Part shown: positions 11,755 through 27,981 of the stretch, in pieces | Numbering within the stretch: position 1 is the first letter of the stretch | Layout: every line of letters starts with the position of its first letter | NCBI GenBank assembly: GCA_951406725.2 | Contig: OX597820.1 | Coordinates: 70,122,001-70,186,000, forward strand | Direction: 5' to 3' | Origin: Octopus vulgaris | Lineage: Eukaryota | Length of the DNA: 64,000 bases | Notes under the pieces: generated by a model | Databases searched by the model: none | The model's input: only the letters and a program-made list of their open reading frames with translations | What the model was told of the DNA's origin: nothing | Translations under genes and position numbers: made by a program

Positions 11755-14700
11755 TGATTTCTGCGTACCAAACTGATTCACAAGACATTTGTCGTCAGTA
11801 ATGAAAGCCAAAATCACGTTTGCAAAGCTAGTTTCTTAGCTACGGATACATGTTTGCACCAGTTTTAAATTTCAGGTAAATTTGACAGCCTTTTCTTGCA
11901 GGTACACTGATTGCATATAGGTACACTTTATTACCCAGAAGGGGCTAAACATAGAGGGGACAAACAAGGACAAACAAAGGAATTAAGTCAATTACATCGA
12001 CCCCTGTCTGTAACTGGTACTTAATTTATCAACTCGAAAGGCTAAGTCGACCTCGGCGGAATTTGAACTCAGAACGTAACGGCAAACGAAATACTGCTAA
12101 GCATTTCGGCCGGCGTGCTAACGTTTCTGCCAGCTAGTCGCCTTAAGTGCATATTTTATTGATTTTGCAAAGATGTATGGTAAACTCGACATCCGTAAGG
12201 CATGGACTGTAAATGTAAAGAGAAAACCGAATACTACAAAGTATTTTGAAATTCTACCATGTTTGTAGAATTATATTTTCTTAAAAACATTTATATGCAA
12301 TTTCCTTTTTGTATTTGTGTGTTGAATCAAATTTTATTGTGTCTTCGGAGAGACATTACGCCAATAATAACAATAACACACGCACTGGTTCGGTATCAGT
12401 TCTTTATTGTTAGTCAATCGGTTAGAGTAACTTATTGATCGTTTGTTTAACGTATTAAGCAAACAGTTAATCAGGTGTTTGGTTGTCCGTCAAAGTTCCT
12501 TCGTTGCTGTAAGCAACATTTTCTGTGATCCGTGACTTCCTACACGCTCCAAGACATACTTTCGTCATATAATATATAACATTACTTAATTAAAAAGCTG
12601 TTGTAATTTTTAAAGGTGTCATTAATATCACACACTCACTTACATACGCACACATACACACATACATATACATACGTATGCGTGCGTGCGTGTGCGCATA
12701 AACTGATAGCATTGCAGAAGCGATAGAGTGTGTTGGTATTTGTAGTTTTGGGCCTGTATATTCCAAGTTCATAATAGGCCAGGACCTTTGCTCCCCCACG
12801 AAAACCAACTATAATAGTATCATACAATTCACAAAGTAGACTTGAAGGAAATGAGAGATTGCGGTTTTCATACCTTCACGTTGAGATAATTATTAGCAAT
12901 GAAACTCAAAAATATCTCCAAGAAAAGTTCGAAACCGATTTGCAGTCTCGAGGCTTAGTGACCTTTCACCTTTGTTTTATTATGACCTCATCAAGATCTG
13001 TAATAATACTTTCTTATTTTGAAACAGGACTCGCAAACGTTCGGCGTGGGGTAGTCGATTACATTGACTCCAGTAATCAGCTGGTTCTTACTTTATCGAT
13101 GCTGAAAGAGGGAAAGGCAAAGTCAGTCTCACCGGAATTTGAACCCAGAATATAAGGGCGGACGAAATACCGACAGATATTTAGTCTGGCGTTCTAACGA
13201 TTCTGCCGGGTTGCTGCCTTAACAAGATTTGTAATGATATAAATTGAAACTGATATCAAACTTGGGCAAGTCAAACTCTTTAGGGTAGGGTTTTTTCCTG
13301 AGCCCTACGAATTATAAGATCGGTTATTTGGTTTTCGTGGTTTGTAAGTGATGAGATCACACCAATCCCTCTGAAGCAGATGTTGATCCGTTGGAAATTT
13401 TAAGGCCGCAATATTGAAGGGAGGGGACAGGATGATTACATCGATCCCAATTTTTGAGTGATACATCATTTTATCATGCCCGAAGAGATAAAAGGCAATG
13501 TTAGCCACGTCGGGATTTGAACTTAGAGCCGAAAGAAATGCCGCTAAACATTTTCTCCGACATGCCAAAGGTTCTGCCAACTCGTTGTCCTTTAGAAGTG
13601 GGTATAGTCGATTAAATCACGCCAATAGTTGACAGTTCCTTTATTTTATTCTATGGTAATACTGAAAAACAATTGCTGACTTCAGCGCGATTTGAACTAA
13701 GAACCGAAATACCCACAACAAAATACTTCAAAGCATTTTGTCTGACACAAAACCTCTTGGGCCAATATTAACAATGGTTTCGAATTTGTTTAAGCACCAC
13801 GTTTAAAAGAAAGTTCACAAATACTTCAGCTTACATTAATACATAGTAACGTCACTTCCTATCTTCGGTGATTTTTCTCCTATATTAAGCATCTTACTCT
13901 TTAAAGTGCTTGAATCCCTTTATTTTGTTATTGGCTTGGCGCCACCAATCCTGGGAAACTGAATTTTTCTACACGCTTGACGGAATAGGAACAGAACTGT
14001 CTTTTAATGACGACTACTGACTTTTATTGACTAGCGAGGCTTACCCGATCAAAAGGATAGCCGACATATAAGGAAAGTTTTTGCCATACCATGTTTTTTC
14101 CCCGGAGACAGGTAATCTCAGCTTACGCAACTGGGTATTTTATAAACAAATAAATAACATTTTAAAAGTTTAGAAATACTGGGAAAGAAACGTTAGCGAT
14201 GGTGGTCGTATTGGCGGTAGTGGTGGCGATGGTGGCGTTTGTGGCCTTAATAACCGTCGAGTTGCTAAAAGCAGTGTTGATAAGGTAGAAGGCAGTGATA
14301 ATGTTTATGATAATGCTGAGATAAGGGGAAAGGAAGAGATATCAGCAGTAGCTATGTTACTATAAGTTCCTTTGAAAGGATACTAAACACAATGAACGTT
14401 GTTATGTATCAGAATTTTCTTGCCGTGTCTTTTTTTTTATTTATTTATTATAGTTTTAAAGCCAATACTTGAGGAAGCAGTGAAGAATATGTTTAGAATT
14501 AAGAGATCTAGATACAGTATTCTGCAGGAAGTTCCAGCTTCAAGTCTTCATAGTTTTCATGTTTATTAATAGCCTGTGTTGTGTTTAGATTACCTTGGAA
14601 TATACTGTTATAAACTGTTTTAAATATACAAATTCCATTTCTATGAAATACATATACACAACACTACCAGGAATGTTACCATCTTTGCCTTATTACCTTC

Positions 14701-16624
14701 CCCTCCCCACTTCAGTTTTTTTTTTTTTGAATAATGACCAGCATCATCATAATCATAATCTACACAATAGCAAACTCAGTATAAATCCTGTTCAGCGCTT
14801 ATTTCTTCTTTCATCACATCCTGTTGAAACTTCAATTTTCTGCCACCTTCAAGTATATCTTGCCCTTTACCGACTCTAAAGCAATTGCAAAGGACCGTGG
14901 CCATCCTTCAGACTAACGGATCCTACTACTCAGATTTTTATTGATGCTCGTGTTTGACCTAGAATTCTAGGATAATTCTGATGGTCTTCATGGGCAGAGT
15001 TTGATCCCTTCAGTCGGTGTAAATAGAAAATAATCTAGAGGCTGTATGAGTAACATAAAAAGTCATGTTGGTGTTTCCACAGCCATCTCTCTCTCTCCCT
15101 CTCTCTTTTCCCTCTTCAGTTTCTCTCAGATTCTCACTCTCTTAGACTCTCTCTCTATATTATTCTCTCTGTCTGTCTCTCTCCCCGCTCTCTCTCTCTC
15201 TCTCTCGATTACGATGACGAGGGTTTCAGTTGGTTCGATCCACAGAACTGACTGCTCGTGAAAAGGACGAGCAAGTGGCTGAACACTCCACAGACAAGCG
15301 TACCCTTAACGTAGATCTCAGGGCGATTTATCGTGACACAGAATGTAACAAGGCTGGCCCTTTGAATCACGACTCATTTTTGCTAGCTGAGTGGACTGGA
15401 GCAAATGTGAAACGCGGTGTCTTACTCAAGCTCGCAACTGCTGCCCAGAATCGAATTCAGGACCTTACGACCGTGACCTTACGAACACACAGACACGCAC
15501 GTACCGGCGCCTGATATTTCTGCCCCAAACTCTGAAATACTCTCACGATGTTTCGAATTCTGCCGAGGTCGATTTTGCTCTTCATCCTTCCGGGGGTCAA
15601 TAAATTAAGTACCAGTTGCGTAATGGGATCGATCTAATTGACTGGGCCCCCTCCCCAAATATTTCGGGCCGTTTGCCCAGAGAAGAAAGGCTATTCTCAC
15701 GATGTCTTTTCTCTCTAACTTGCAATCTCCTTTCTCTGTCAAACTCTCTTTTGAACCCACTATCTCAAACACTGAATTCCTCAAAATTCCTCATTTTTTT
15801 CTCATTAAAAAATATTTTCTTTGTTTTTCAGAATTTAAGAAATCGATACTCTTGTCGCCATGGAGGCACATGGCCTAGTGGTTAGAGCAGCGGACGCGGT
15901 CGAGGGATCGCGGGTTCGAATCTCAGACCGGGCGATGTGTGTGTTTATGAACGAAACACCTAAGCTCCATGCGGCTCCGGCAGAAGGTAATGGCGAACTT
16001 CTGCTGACTCTTTCGCCACAACTTTCCTCCTGCATCTTGCAGCTCACCTGTGACGAACCGGCATCCCGTTCAGGTGGGAGACCTATACGCCAAGGAAACT
16101 AGGAAACTGGCCCTAATGAGCCAGGTATGGCTCGAGAAGGAACAAAAAAAATACTCTTGTCGTTATCATTGAGTTAGTTTATCTCAAAATCAGTACCGAA
16201 CGACCTGAAGGAATATGAGCAATCGCAACCATCCCGCTCATCAGAAAGTTTATAGTGTCTACTACATACGGCAACGAATGACAGAATCGTTATCAAACAT
16301 AACAAAATGCTTAGCGGCATTTCGTCGGTCTTTACGTTCTGAGTTCAAATTTTCATTCTTCATCTTTCATCCTTCATCCTTCCAGCATCGATAAAAGAAG
16401 AACCAGTTGAGCACTGGGGCTGGTGTAACCGACTTAACACCTCCACCTCACTCCCGAAATTCCCAGCAATTGCGCTCGACAGTTTGGCCGATAACTGATG
16501 AGTAATTGGTGACCTGGGTTTGTTCATTAAATGCATTCAGCTCATTTAATATGTTTTTCCGTCCATTTGTTTATTACTATACGTGTTTGACTACTGAAAA
16601 AAAAAAATAATAATGTATATGCGT

Positions 16625-16666
<42 letters not shown>

Positions 16667-17924
16667 TGATTCTAGGTATTCAGTTTCCGTACATAACGCA
16701 ACCCATAGTTTCGAAATATTTTAAGCTCCAATAAACCCATATGGCTGGAATATTTTCAGCGTTTTGAACTAGTTAACCATAATAAATCTCTAAAAATATT
16801 CTGCCAAAACAGATAACTTCTTTCCTCATATGTTTACATTTTACAAACCCCTTTTTATTTTATTTTATTTTTATTTTATTTTATTTTATTCTATTCCATT
16901 TTTATTTCTTGTTCAATATCTTCTCACATAACAAGAGAACGAATATTCGTAATCTAAACCAGACAGGAATAACCCGAAGAGCAAGATTTATCAAATGACC
17001 CGGTTCACGAGTAAGGGAAACTTTTAGACATGTTTTGAACGATAAGAACGTACGACCGAGCAGATAAGTTACAATTCTACTAAATTGTGTAAGCAGCATC
17101 AGCAGCAGCAGTAGTAGTAGTAGTAGGTGGTGGTGTTGAAGTTGTTGTTATTATTGTTCACTCTCTGGTCGAGATCTGTTCAAGTAGATTAATGGTGAAA
17201 TGCTGTTCCAGTTGTGACCGTCTTATATTTTAATATCAGAACCTGTATAATTTAATGTGTCTGCTTCTCTTATTAAACGGTATGGTATATTTGAGGGTAT
17301 TTGGCTGCTATTCCTAACAGCAATTTCTAATGACCATATGAAGGCCCCACGCCCCCATCGTGGTCGCCGTCATCGTCATCATTATTACTGTAGGTGAAGG
17401 AGAGGAGGAAGAGGAAAATTAGCAGCAACATTAACTGTAGCTACAGCAGTAGCAGCAACAGCAGCAGCATTGGAGGCGCAATGGCCCAGTGGTTAGGGCA
17501 GCGGACTCGCAGTCGTAAGAACGCAGTTTCGGTTCCCAGACCGGACATTGTGAGTGTTTATTGAGCAAAACACCTAAGCTCCACGAGGCTTCTGGCGGAG
17601 AGTGGTGGTGAACCCCGCTGTACTCTTTCACCACAACTTTCTCTCATTCTTTCTTCCTACTTCTGCCACAAAGCAGAGGAGCCATGGTGTAACCCACTAT
17701 GGTGTGGTAAACTTTCAGACCCTAGTCTAGATTGTGAATCCTTTCTACATCAGGATGGTTTAGCTCTCCACCCGTTAAAAGCCGCCGTTTACAGAATGAG
17801 GATAACAACGTAGCTTTCGCGCCCATGCAACCGCCAGTCTATCGCGTGTGGTGGGTGGATCTTCAAGTTGCCAGACGCATTCTTGTTATCTCGTGCACTA
17901 CTGTGTGTTGTCTCTTCAATAACC

Positions 17925-18630
17925 TATTTCTTTACTACCCACAAGGGGCTAAACACAGAGAGGACAAACAAGGACAGACAAACGGATTAAGTCGATCATA
18001 TCGACCCCAGTGCGTAACTGGTACTTATTTAATCGACTCCGAAAAGATGAAAGGCAAAGTCGACCTCAGCGGAATATGAGCTCAGAACGTAACGGCAGAC
18101 GAAATACCACTAAGCATTTCGCCCGGCGTGCTAACGATTCTGCCAGCTCGCCGCCTTAAATTAAATAATGGTTTCACATTTTTGCAACAAGGGCAGCTTA
18201 CGGGAGGGGATTAAGTCGATTACAACGATCTCAATGCGTAACTGGTACTTATTTTATCGACCACCGCAGAATTTGAACTCAGAACGTAGTGGCAGACGAA
18301 ATACCACTAAGCATTCCGCCCGGCATGCAAACGATTCTGCCAGCTTGCTGCCTTTACGTGTATCTAATAATGTAATGCATAAGTACAATACATTTAAAAC
18401 GTGCTGAAAAATATTGGTTTCAAATTGTGGCACAAGGCCAGCAATTTCGGGGAGGGCTTAAGTCGATTACCTCAACCCACAGTGTTCAACTGGTACTTAT
18501 TTTATCGATGCGGAAAGGATGAAAAGTAACGTCGACCTCGGCGGTATTTGAACTCAGAACGTAAAGCGGGTGAAATACCGCTTAGCATTTTGCTCGGCGT
18601 GCTAACGCTTCAGCCACCTCACCACCTTAT
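17925..18630 (-). mobile_element. Three tandem copies of SINE family A (GGCGAGCTGGCAGAA..GAGTTCAAATTC..GCCTTTCATCCTTTCGGGGTCGATAA)
   Basis: Repeated minus-strand heads ending at about 18156, 18355 and 18630. More than 15 further copies in the window (e.g. 10700-10940, 11925-12145, 29507-30000, 40215-40430, 46047-46240, 52435-52760, 53490-53700, 55958-56250, 59380-59730). Confidence 0.85.
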
Positions 18631-19581
18631 ATATATATATGTCTTATAATGTAATGCAGATGCAGAAGAACTATAAAATTGCAGAAAATAATGTGTAAAT
18701 AAGTTGTAGGGTTAGCATATTCGTAGCTCGTCGTCGCGATCGTGTGTGCGTGTGTGTGTGTGTGTAAATCTGTAATGTTTTATACACAACAAGCGAAAAC
18801 GAAGCTATCTTTCCAATTGTTATATTGAAGCAGTGATTCGCTTTCGATCCCCATTTGTGGTGAGTTCATAATTACCACTAATATTCCTAAGAAAATTATG
18901 AACTCTTCAAATATGGATTCTAAACACCTCTAATATTATTAAAGACGGCAGGAATTAGACAAAAACCGTTTTGAATTTGGAACCTTTCACTTAAACAAAA
19001 GGTATTATAATTATAACTTTTAACAAACAAAAGTTTTATCACAGAAGAATATCGTTAAATAAAAACGTAATAATCTTTAATAAATTTTGAGAATACACTC
19101 TTCATTTTCCGTTTTTGTTTATTTCTTTTCTTTTCTCTCCCCTTTCTCCTTGTTAAATTACGAACTCATCATCGTTTTAAAGTAATATCAGCTAATTCTT
19201 TTCATTTTTAAGCTATCAGCTTACGTGTGTTTTCCCGCAGAGTATATCGACTAAGAAAATTGCACCCAATCACAAGTTCCCGAGGAAAATCAAATAAGAA
19301 ACGTGTCATCATCGTGTTTCTCAAAGATAAATGTAATCAAGGGAATTGAGATATTGTGAACAATTGATACATTATGATAAATCCACGAAGGAAATTTCAA
19401 TCTCAGCTTTATTCCAGCGCAGGTGTAGCATAGCACTCTCATATACTCATTATCAGTTCACTTCCAAACTATTTCTTTTAACCAGAATCATAAATTGGAT
19501 TAGGCATTACCCACTGTTCACCAACAGCTCACCCACTGCTATCAAGCAATATTATTTTTATATATTTGTACGTATTGATCG

Positions 19582-19649
<68 letters not shown>

Positions 19650-20209
19650 GTATATATGTATTTGTTACTTTTCTTTCTGTTTCTCTGTTAGAATTTTTTT
19701 TTTCCATCATTATTAAAATTTTCTTTCAAACTGTTCGAGTTTCGAGTCTTCGAGAACAAGTATTTTCTTTACGGGCAAATTTCTAAAATATCTTTCATTT
19801 CTAACTGTAAGAGATTATTTCTGATGAGCTGCATTCCTGCTAGGAAATAAAAATGCAGACGTTCTTCTTCTTCTTTTATCTCTTCTTTTCTTCTTTCTTT
19901 TTTCTTTTTTTTTTTTTTGTACTTAGTTTGGTTTAATGTTGGAATGGTGATTGTGAGTGGGGTGGAAGGAGGAAATAAGATAAATTGCAGAATACAGCGG
20001 AAAGAGGAAAATACAATGCTGATTGGAAAGAGCTGATGAGGACAGAAGAAGCAACTTTGATAAAGAGAGTATGATAGTAGAGAGTGAGAGAGATAACGAG
20101 AGACAGTGAAGGGGGGGGAGAGTGAAAGAGAGAAAGTCGAAGGGAATGAGAGAGACAGGCAAAAGAGGTTGAGATAGACAGTGAGATGAAAGATAACAAA
20201 ATACACAGG

Positions 20210-20252
<43 letters not shown>

Positions 20253-20529
20253 GGAGGAAGAAAGAGAGAAAGGGAGAGAGCGAGAGTAAGAAGGCAATAA
20301 AGGACTACAGAAAGATGCAGAAAGAGAACAGTGAAATGGAAATACTAGAATAGTTAAAGAAATTTAACTATACATTTATTACTATAACTAATACTAATTA
20401 TTTATAACTACCATTGAGTTTATTTTTAATAGCAATACATAATGATGTGTGTTGTATGTATTTCTGTGTGTGTGATTATGAGTGCGAGAAGTGTGTAAGT
20501 GTGTGTGTGTGTGTGAGTGTATGTGCATT

Positions 20530-21460
20530 TAAAGCGATCTTAAAGGTAAAGGTTGATTCAGACAATATATAGATGTTTATAATTAGCTAAATTTATTGTA
20601 TCGCATCAGAATTCGAAGTTTGAACATTCAATGACACATCTGGTAATGCTCCATGTACAATGTTATAGATCGCTAAATTCCTAGGTATAGCAAGAAAGAG
20701 TAACTGGAATTCCTGTTAATATATACTGTTACCTCATTAGGTATTTTCTACAGGGATACTATTTACCTGCAGTAAAGTCTAATATAGCAACCAAGACGTT
20801 TACTGTAGTTAGAGTGGTGATAGTAGTAATTCTGAAACCGAAATCATTGAAGATTTCTTTCTTCCAAAATCTATTTGTTATGTTAGTGTTCAGACTACTT
20901 AAAATTTTCAGCTCATCGTCTCTGTACATGCCGAAGCTGTTTTCTTTGTGAAGGTGTCCAATGTAATCTTCGAGTGCATCTACTTTCAAAACTCCCCATT
21001 GGAACGTTAATACGGGGTTACTTTTCTCTTTGACCCAACAGTTCTCCTCGTAACTAATTTAATACTAAGGTAGTTCATCTTAGTGAATTGTTTCCTGAAG
21101 CGAAGAGATTTGAGTGAGCAGCATCTCAGTATGAAAGTAAAATGTTTGATGTCAAACTAAGTAAATTTACGAGCTAGTTTGTAGAACCAGTTAAAAATGG
21201 TAGAACAACGGAGCTGTAGTTCTCTTCGATTAATCCTGTAGCTCTTATATTAAACAATTATATTGGAGATATGCATATGTAATATGCTCATCTTATTTTA
21301 GAAGTTATAATCAGTCTATAGCTAGAATTGAAAAAGAAATGGGATTTGTTATCCGTATGACCGATGTGAAGAGGTTGCATGGCGAGGCGATCAACTTTGC
21401 TGTTTTTAACAGAACGAATATCATTCGCTTTATCGTAGTAAGAGACGAAATAAGTTTTTC
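20530..21460 (-). mobile_element. Highly degenerate Penelope-like RT fragment
   Basis: Minus-strand remnants FDIKHF (about 21150), FGMYRDDEL (GLYRDD-type catalytic motif), IFNDFGFRIT and NVLVAILDF (NFLDVTLDL-like), interrupted by stops and frameshifts. Confidence 0.6.
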
Positions 21461-23092
21461 TTGTATTGCTGTTGTTGTTGTTGTTAAGCAACAAGATGGG
21501 TAAGGGTGATTAGGTGATGGTCTATGGCTTAGGGGCGGGAGACCCCAGACCTTGGAAAAAAAAACTTTGGTCGTCTTGTAGTCGAGGGCTCTTCGTTGAC
21601 GCCCGACACCACTTGGAGGTGGCCCTCGAAGTCGCTGGAAATGGAAATCTCCAGGTCCAAATTCTTGAACGGCTGCTGTTGCTGTTGTATAGGAAACTAA
21701 TGAGCGGAGAGAAAATAGCATGATTTATTCACCATTTTGCTCAGATGTCGCCATATCTAGAAACATTTATCCCTAATTATGTAACACCTCCCATGCGCAT
21801 GTAGATGCTACAAGCATGTTACATGCATAATGATAAAGTAAGTTACTTTTGCATAGCTAACTTCCAACATTGTACGATACAACCGACAAAATCGAAAACC
21901 ACGCACGTTCCTCTCAAAGACCAGCATACTGTTACTAATTTAGAACACCTCTACACTGATTAGACTGAGCCTTCTCAATACAGGGCCCTATGGAATGACT
22001 CTCATCCCACTTGATGGTACATCGAGGAAATACATAGACTCCAAAGGAATGTTTATTTATGTGAACTCTTCTAGGTCCAAGAAGAAAAATCCAAGAACCT
22101 ACTTGCCACATTTTATTTGAGTAACTGAGACCAGAGTGTGACATGGAACATTCTTGATAAGTTCCCTTCATACTTACTCAAAGATCACCACAGTATTCTT
22201 TAGCAAGAAAACTGAATTACAATTATGCTATTCTCTGTGGTTGTCTTCTTACCTCCAGACAATAAACATGTCTTTTTCCTTAGTGGTTTATCAACTTCGT
22301 ATAAGCCTTCATAATTAAGTTTTTCATCCCTACTCGAGCGGAGCTGGTCTTCATTGCCACTTCGTTATCATGAAACGTTCCCTAGAAGCCGAAATTATAT
22401 ATTTAATAAATCAAAACCTTATGTTATCATAATACTGCGCCACCAGTCACAATATTTTGGCTTCTGTAAATTCTGTAAATTCTGTCTTCTCTGTAATTCT
22501 GAACTATTTTTCATTATTTTTTCTAAATCCCCAAGTAAACACAGTTATAGAGCATGCATACCGATGTAAACATTGGCAAAAACACACATTTAGTTCATGT
22601 AAGTAATCTCTATCATTATATATAATTTTAACATTAATTTTCTTTTTATATTTAACATTCACTAAAAATATATCCCTCCTCTTTCTATAGGCTACTTCTG
22701 ACGTTGTATCATATAACGTTTTTTCACTCAATATTAATAGCGTTCAGTAAATCACTATGCATATCCATCATTTTCTGTTAAAATGTCTTATTGACGAGTT
22801 TCATTTCTTCACTTCCCTGCAGAGAAGATTATATTGTTTTACACCATTTATTCCTTTTGAATAATATCAGTGAAATCTTCGAAACATATATCGGAAGTAA
22901 AAGTATTTGAATTATACCTGCGTTAAACTCCATTTATTTATTTCTATATTATACAAAAAATTCCACGTAAACCCGAAGTTTCTACCTTTAAAACAAGGAG
23001 TTACAGCCTCTTTACTAGTGTGATTTTTTGCGACTCTGGTAACTATTTATCTATTTTTCCGTGTTAATTGTTAACAAGGGCTAATGCACTCA

Positions 23093-23137
<45 letters not shown>

Positions 23138-24034
23138 GACTGATGTGTGTGTGAGAGAGAGGGGGATGTGAGAGAGAGGGGGATAGTGAGAGTGTGTTTG
23201 TGTGTGTGTGTGGAGAGCGAGAGAGAGAGAGAGAGACAGTGATAAGATGTTTAAGGATATTATCGACAGCTGTTAGCTTTCGTTGTTGAAAACATTCTAG
23301 AGTTATATTGGTTGGAACAGATATATATATTTGTATGTGTGTGTGTGTGTGTAGATACATACCACACACATTCATACATACATAAATAACTGTTTCATAT
23401 GTTATCATTGATTTCACCTTTTAGATAATTGTGTCCAATAGTTTGTTTAAATGCAATCTTGTAACCTGAATTTACCGAATGCGCCTTGAATTGGGAAAGA
23501 ATAAGTAATTAATTTTGTATTTCGTGATGAACAGACAATTTGATCACCTCTAAAATGTGAGCATTTTATCGTGTAACAAATATCCACTAAGTTTAGATTT
23601 CAAGGGATTTCAATTTCTTACTAAATATCAAACAGGATTGTATACAGTTCTGCTCTCATCTTGATCGCAGGTAAGTTATAATCTTCAATATGCTATTAGT
23701 AATAAAGACGGCGAGCTGCCCGAGTCGTTAGCACGTCGGGCAAAATGTTTATCGACAATACGTCCGTCCTTTCGTTCTGAGTTTAGAAGCCATGGAGTAC
23801 GTCTCAGCCTTTCATGCTTTTGGGTTGAAATGTACCAGTTGAGTACCTGGGTAGATGTAATCGACTTACCGTCTCCCCGAAATTGCTGGCTTATATATAT
23901 ACATAAATTAGGAGAATCAAACGTTTTACCCGAGCTATAGACTCATAAATCCGGTTTCTTGGATTTTGTGGTGTATATATGTAATATTTGTATTAAATTT
24001 TATTTGTTCTATATTAGTGATTCCTTTCGTCGCT

Positions 24035-26085
<2,051 letters not shown>

Positions 26086-26299
26086 GGGAGAAAAATATAC
26101 CCTTGGATATTTTGTGTGTTAGTATTTTGAATCATAACGGCAGACACAAAAATATCTAAGAGTATATCTTTTTCTCCCCCTGAAGAGATTAAGCTCTGAA
26201 ATATGATTTTAATACTAAGCTTAACTGAAAAAAATGATCGATTTTATGTTGATAATAAACACTTATTAACTTCAATATCTCCATTTTCTTATTCTTCAG

Positions 26300-26378
<79 letters not shown>

Positions 26379-26380
26379 TC

Positions 26381-27933
26381 AATAAATGGTGGGGTTGTGT
26401 TGACCGCACGTGGAGAAATGATAAGCAAGGAAAAAATTTTTTTTAAATGCAGAATGCTCAAATGAAAGAAAATTTTAATAAAATGAGAAATTGATAAAAT
26501 ATATAAATATATATTTATTCAACCGGTTTTCGTCATTGTATGACTTGTCAAGAATATTTATGTTTAAAAAGTTTTTTAAAAATTAGAAAGGGGAAAAAAA
26601 GAAAATTGCATTGTTTTTTGCAAAAGAATAATGATAAAAATGTACAAAAATTAAAAAATAAGTACTCCGATACATTGTGAGTTCGTTGTGTATCCTGAGT
26701 TTAATGATTGTTCACGAAAAAATTACCTTGAGGTATTAGGATCCAAAGGGATTAAGAGCATGTGTTGTTTGGTTTAATTCAGGATGTTGGCAGGACAGGA
26801 AGTAGTAGTAATTGTGGTTCTTCAGTTCCTGTGTTGTGAGTAAGGGGAGACAACTCTTTTGAGTTCTTCAATAAGGGCTGTTGGTAAAACCCAAATTATA
26901 AAATTATCATTTTAGCTTCATTTGCGTTATCTTTTTTATATAATTGCTTGTTAACTTAACTTTCAGATTTTAACACTTTATTTATATTATTTTCTAATTA
27001 TATAAATCTGCATAGACAATTGCATTTCAGATTGTCATATCATTTATAATAAAAATGATAGTAATAACAACAATAGTAAAAATGATATTTAAAGAATATA
27101 AGTTTTAGCTTGAAGTGATGAATGCATGGTATCTTTATATATTTGTGTTAGTCCATCCATGAAGAGTGAGGTAGAAAAAGGAAGTTTGATCAACGAGGAG
27201 TTTGCATATTAAGTTGTGTTTGGAATTTTTCAATAAAGAGATTCTCCTTGTTAATTCTCTCCTGTGTGGTGATCCCGTCTTTACATTGGTAGAAGGGGAA
27301 TATATAGAATTTGGGGTTTAAGTCTTTAGCACATGAGTCTAAGTGGTCACTCAGTGGAATTTGTCGGTATTCCGAGAGATTTATTTGTTCTTTATGCACC
27401 GTTACTCGTTTACGTAACGGGAGACTCGTTTGTCCAACATAATTATGTTGGCAACCAGCGCATGTGAGAACGTAGATAAGGTTCTCGGAGGAACAGAGTT
27501 GTCAAAAGAGTTGTCTCCCCTTACTCACAACACAGGAACTGAAGAACCACAATTACTACTACTTCCTGTCCTGCCAACATCCTGAATTAAACCAAACAAC
27601 ACATGCTCTTAATCCCTTTGGATCCTAATACCTCAAGGTAATTTTTTCGTGAACAATCATTAAACTCAAGATACACAACGAACTCACAATGTATCGGAGT
27701 ACTTATTTTTTAATTTTTGTACATTTTTATCATTATTCTTTTGCAAAAACAATGCAATTTTCTTTTTTCCCTTTCTAATTTTTAAAAAACTTTTAAACAT
27801 AAATATTCTTGACAAGTCATACAATGACGAAAACCGGTTGAATAAATATATATTTATATATTTTATCAATTTCTCATTTTATTAAAATTTTCTTTCATTT
27901 GAGCATTCTGCATTTAAAAAAAAATTTTCCTTG

Positions 27934-27938
<5 letters not shown>
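26381..27938 (-). mobile_element. Young 5'-truncated Penelope-like element with near-perfect inverted pLTRs (about 440 bp), inserted in (TA)n
   Basis: Arms 26421-26862 and 27502-27938 are almost identical reverse complements. The spacer encodes a GIY-YIG C-terminal half on the minus strand (NLIYVLTCAGCQHNYVGQT..RKRVTVHKEQI..KENLFIEKFQTQLN, 27190-27490). Hammerhead-like motif in both arms; (TA)n on both sides. Confidence 0.9.

Positions 27939-27981
<43 letters not shown>

Noticed and set aside
17925-18630. Regularly repeated units suggestive of a CRISPR-like array
   Set aside because: Units are about 200-bp diverged SINE copies in a eukaryotic genome, with no short identical repeats separated by unique spacers.
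21311-21723. GC-richer ORFs on both strands
   Set aside because: No recognisable domain or splice pattern; more likely the 5' region of the decayed PLE at 20530-21460.
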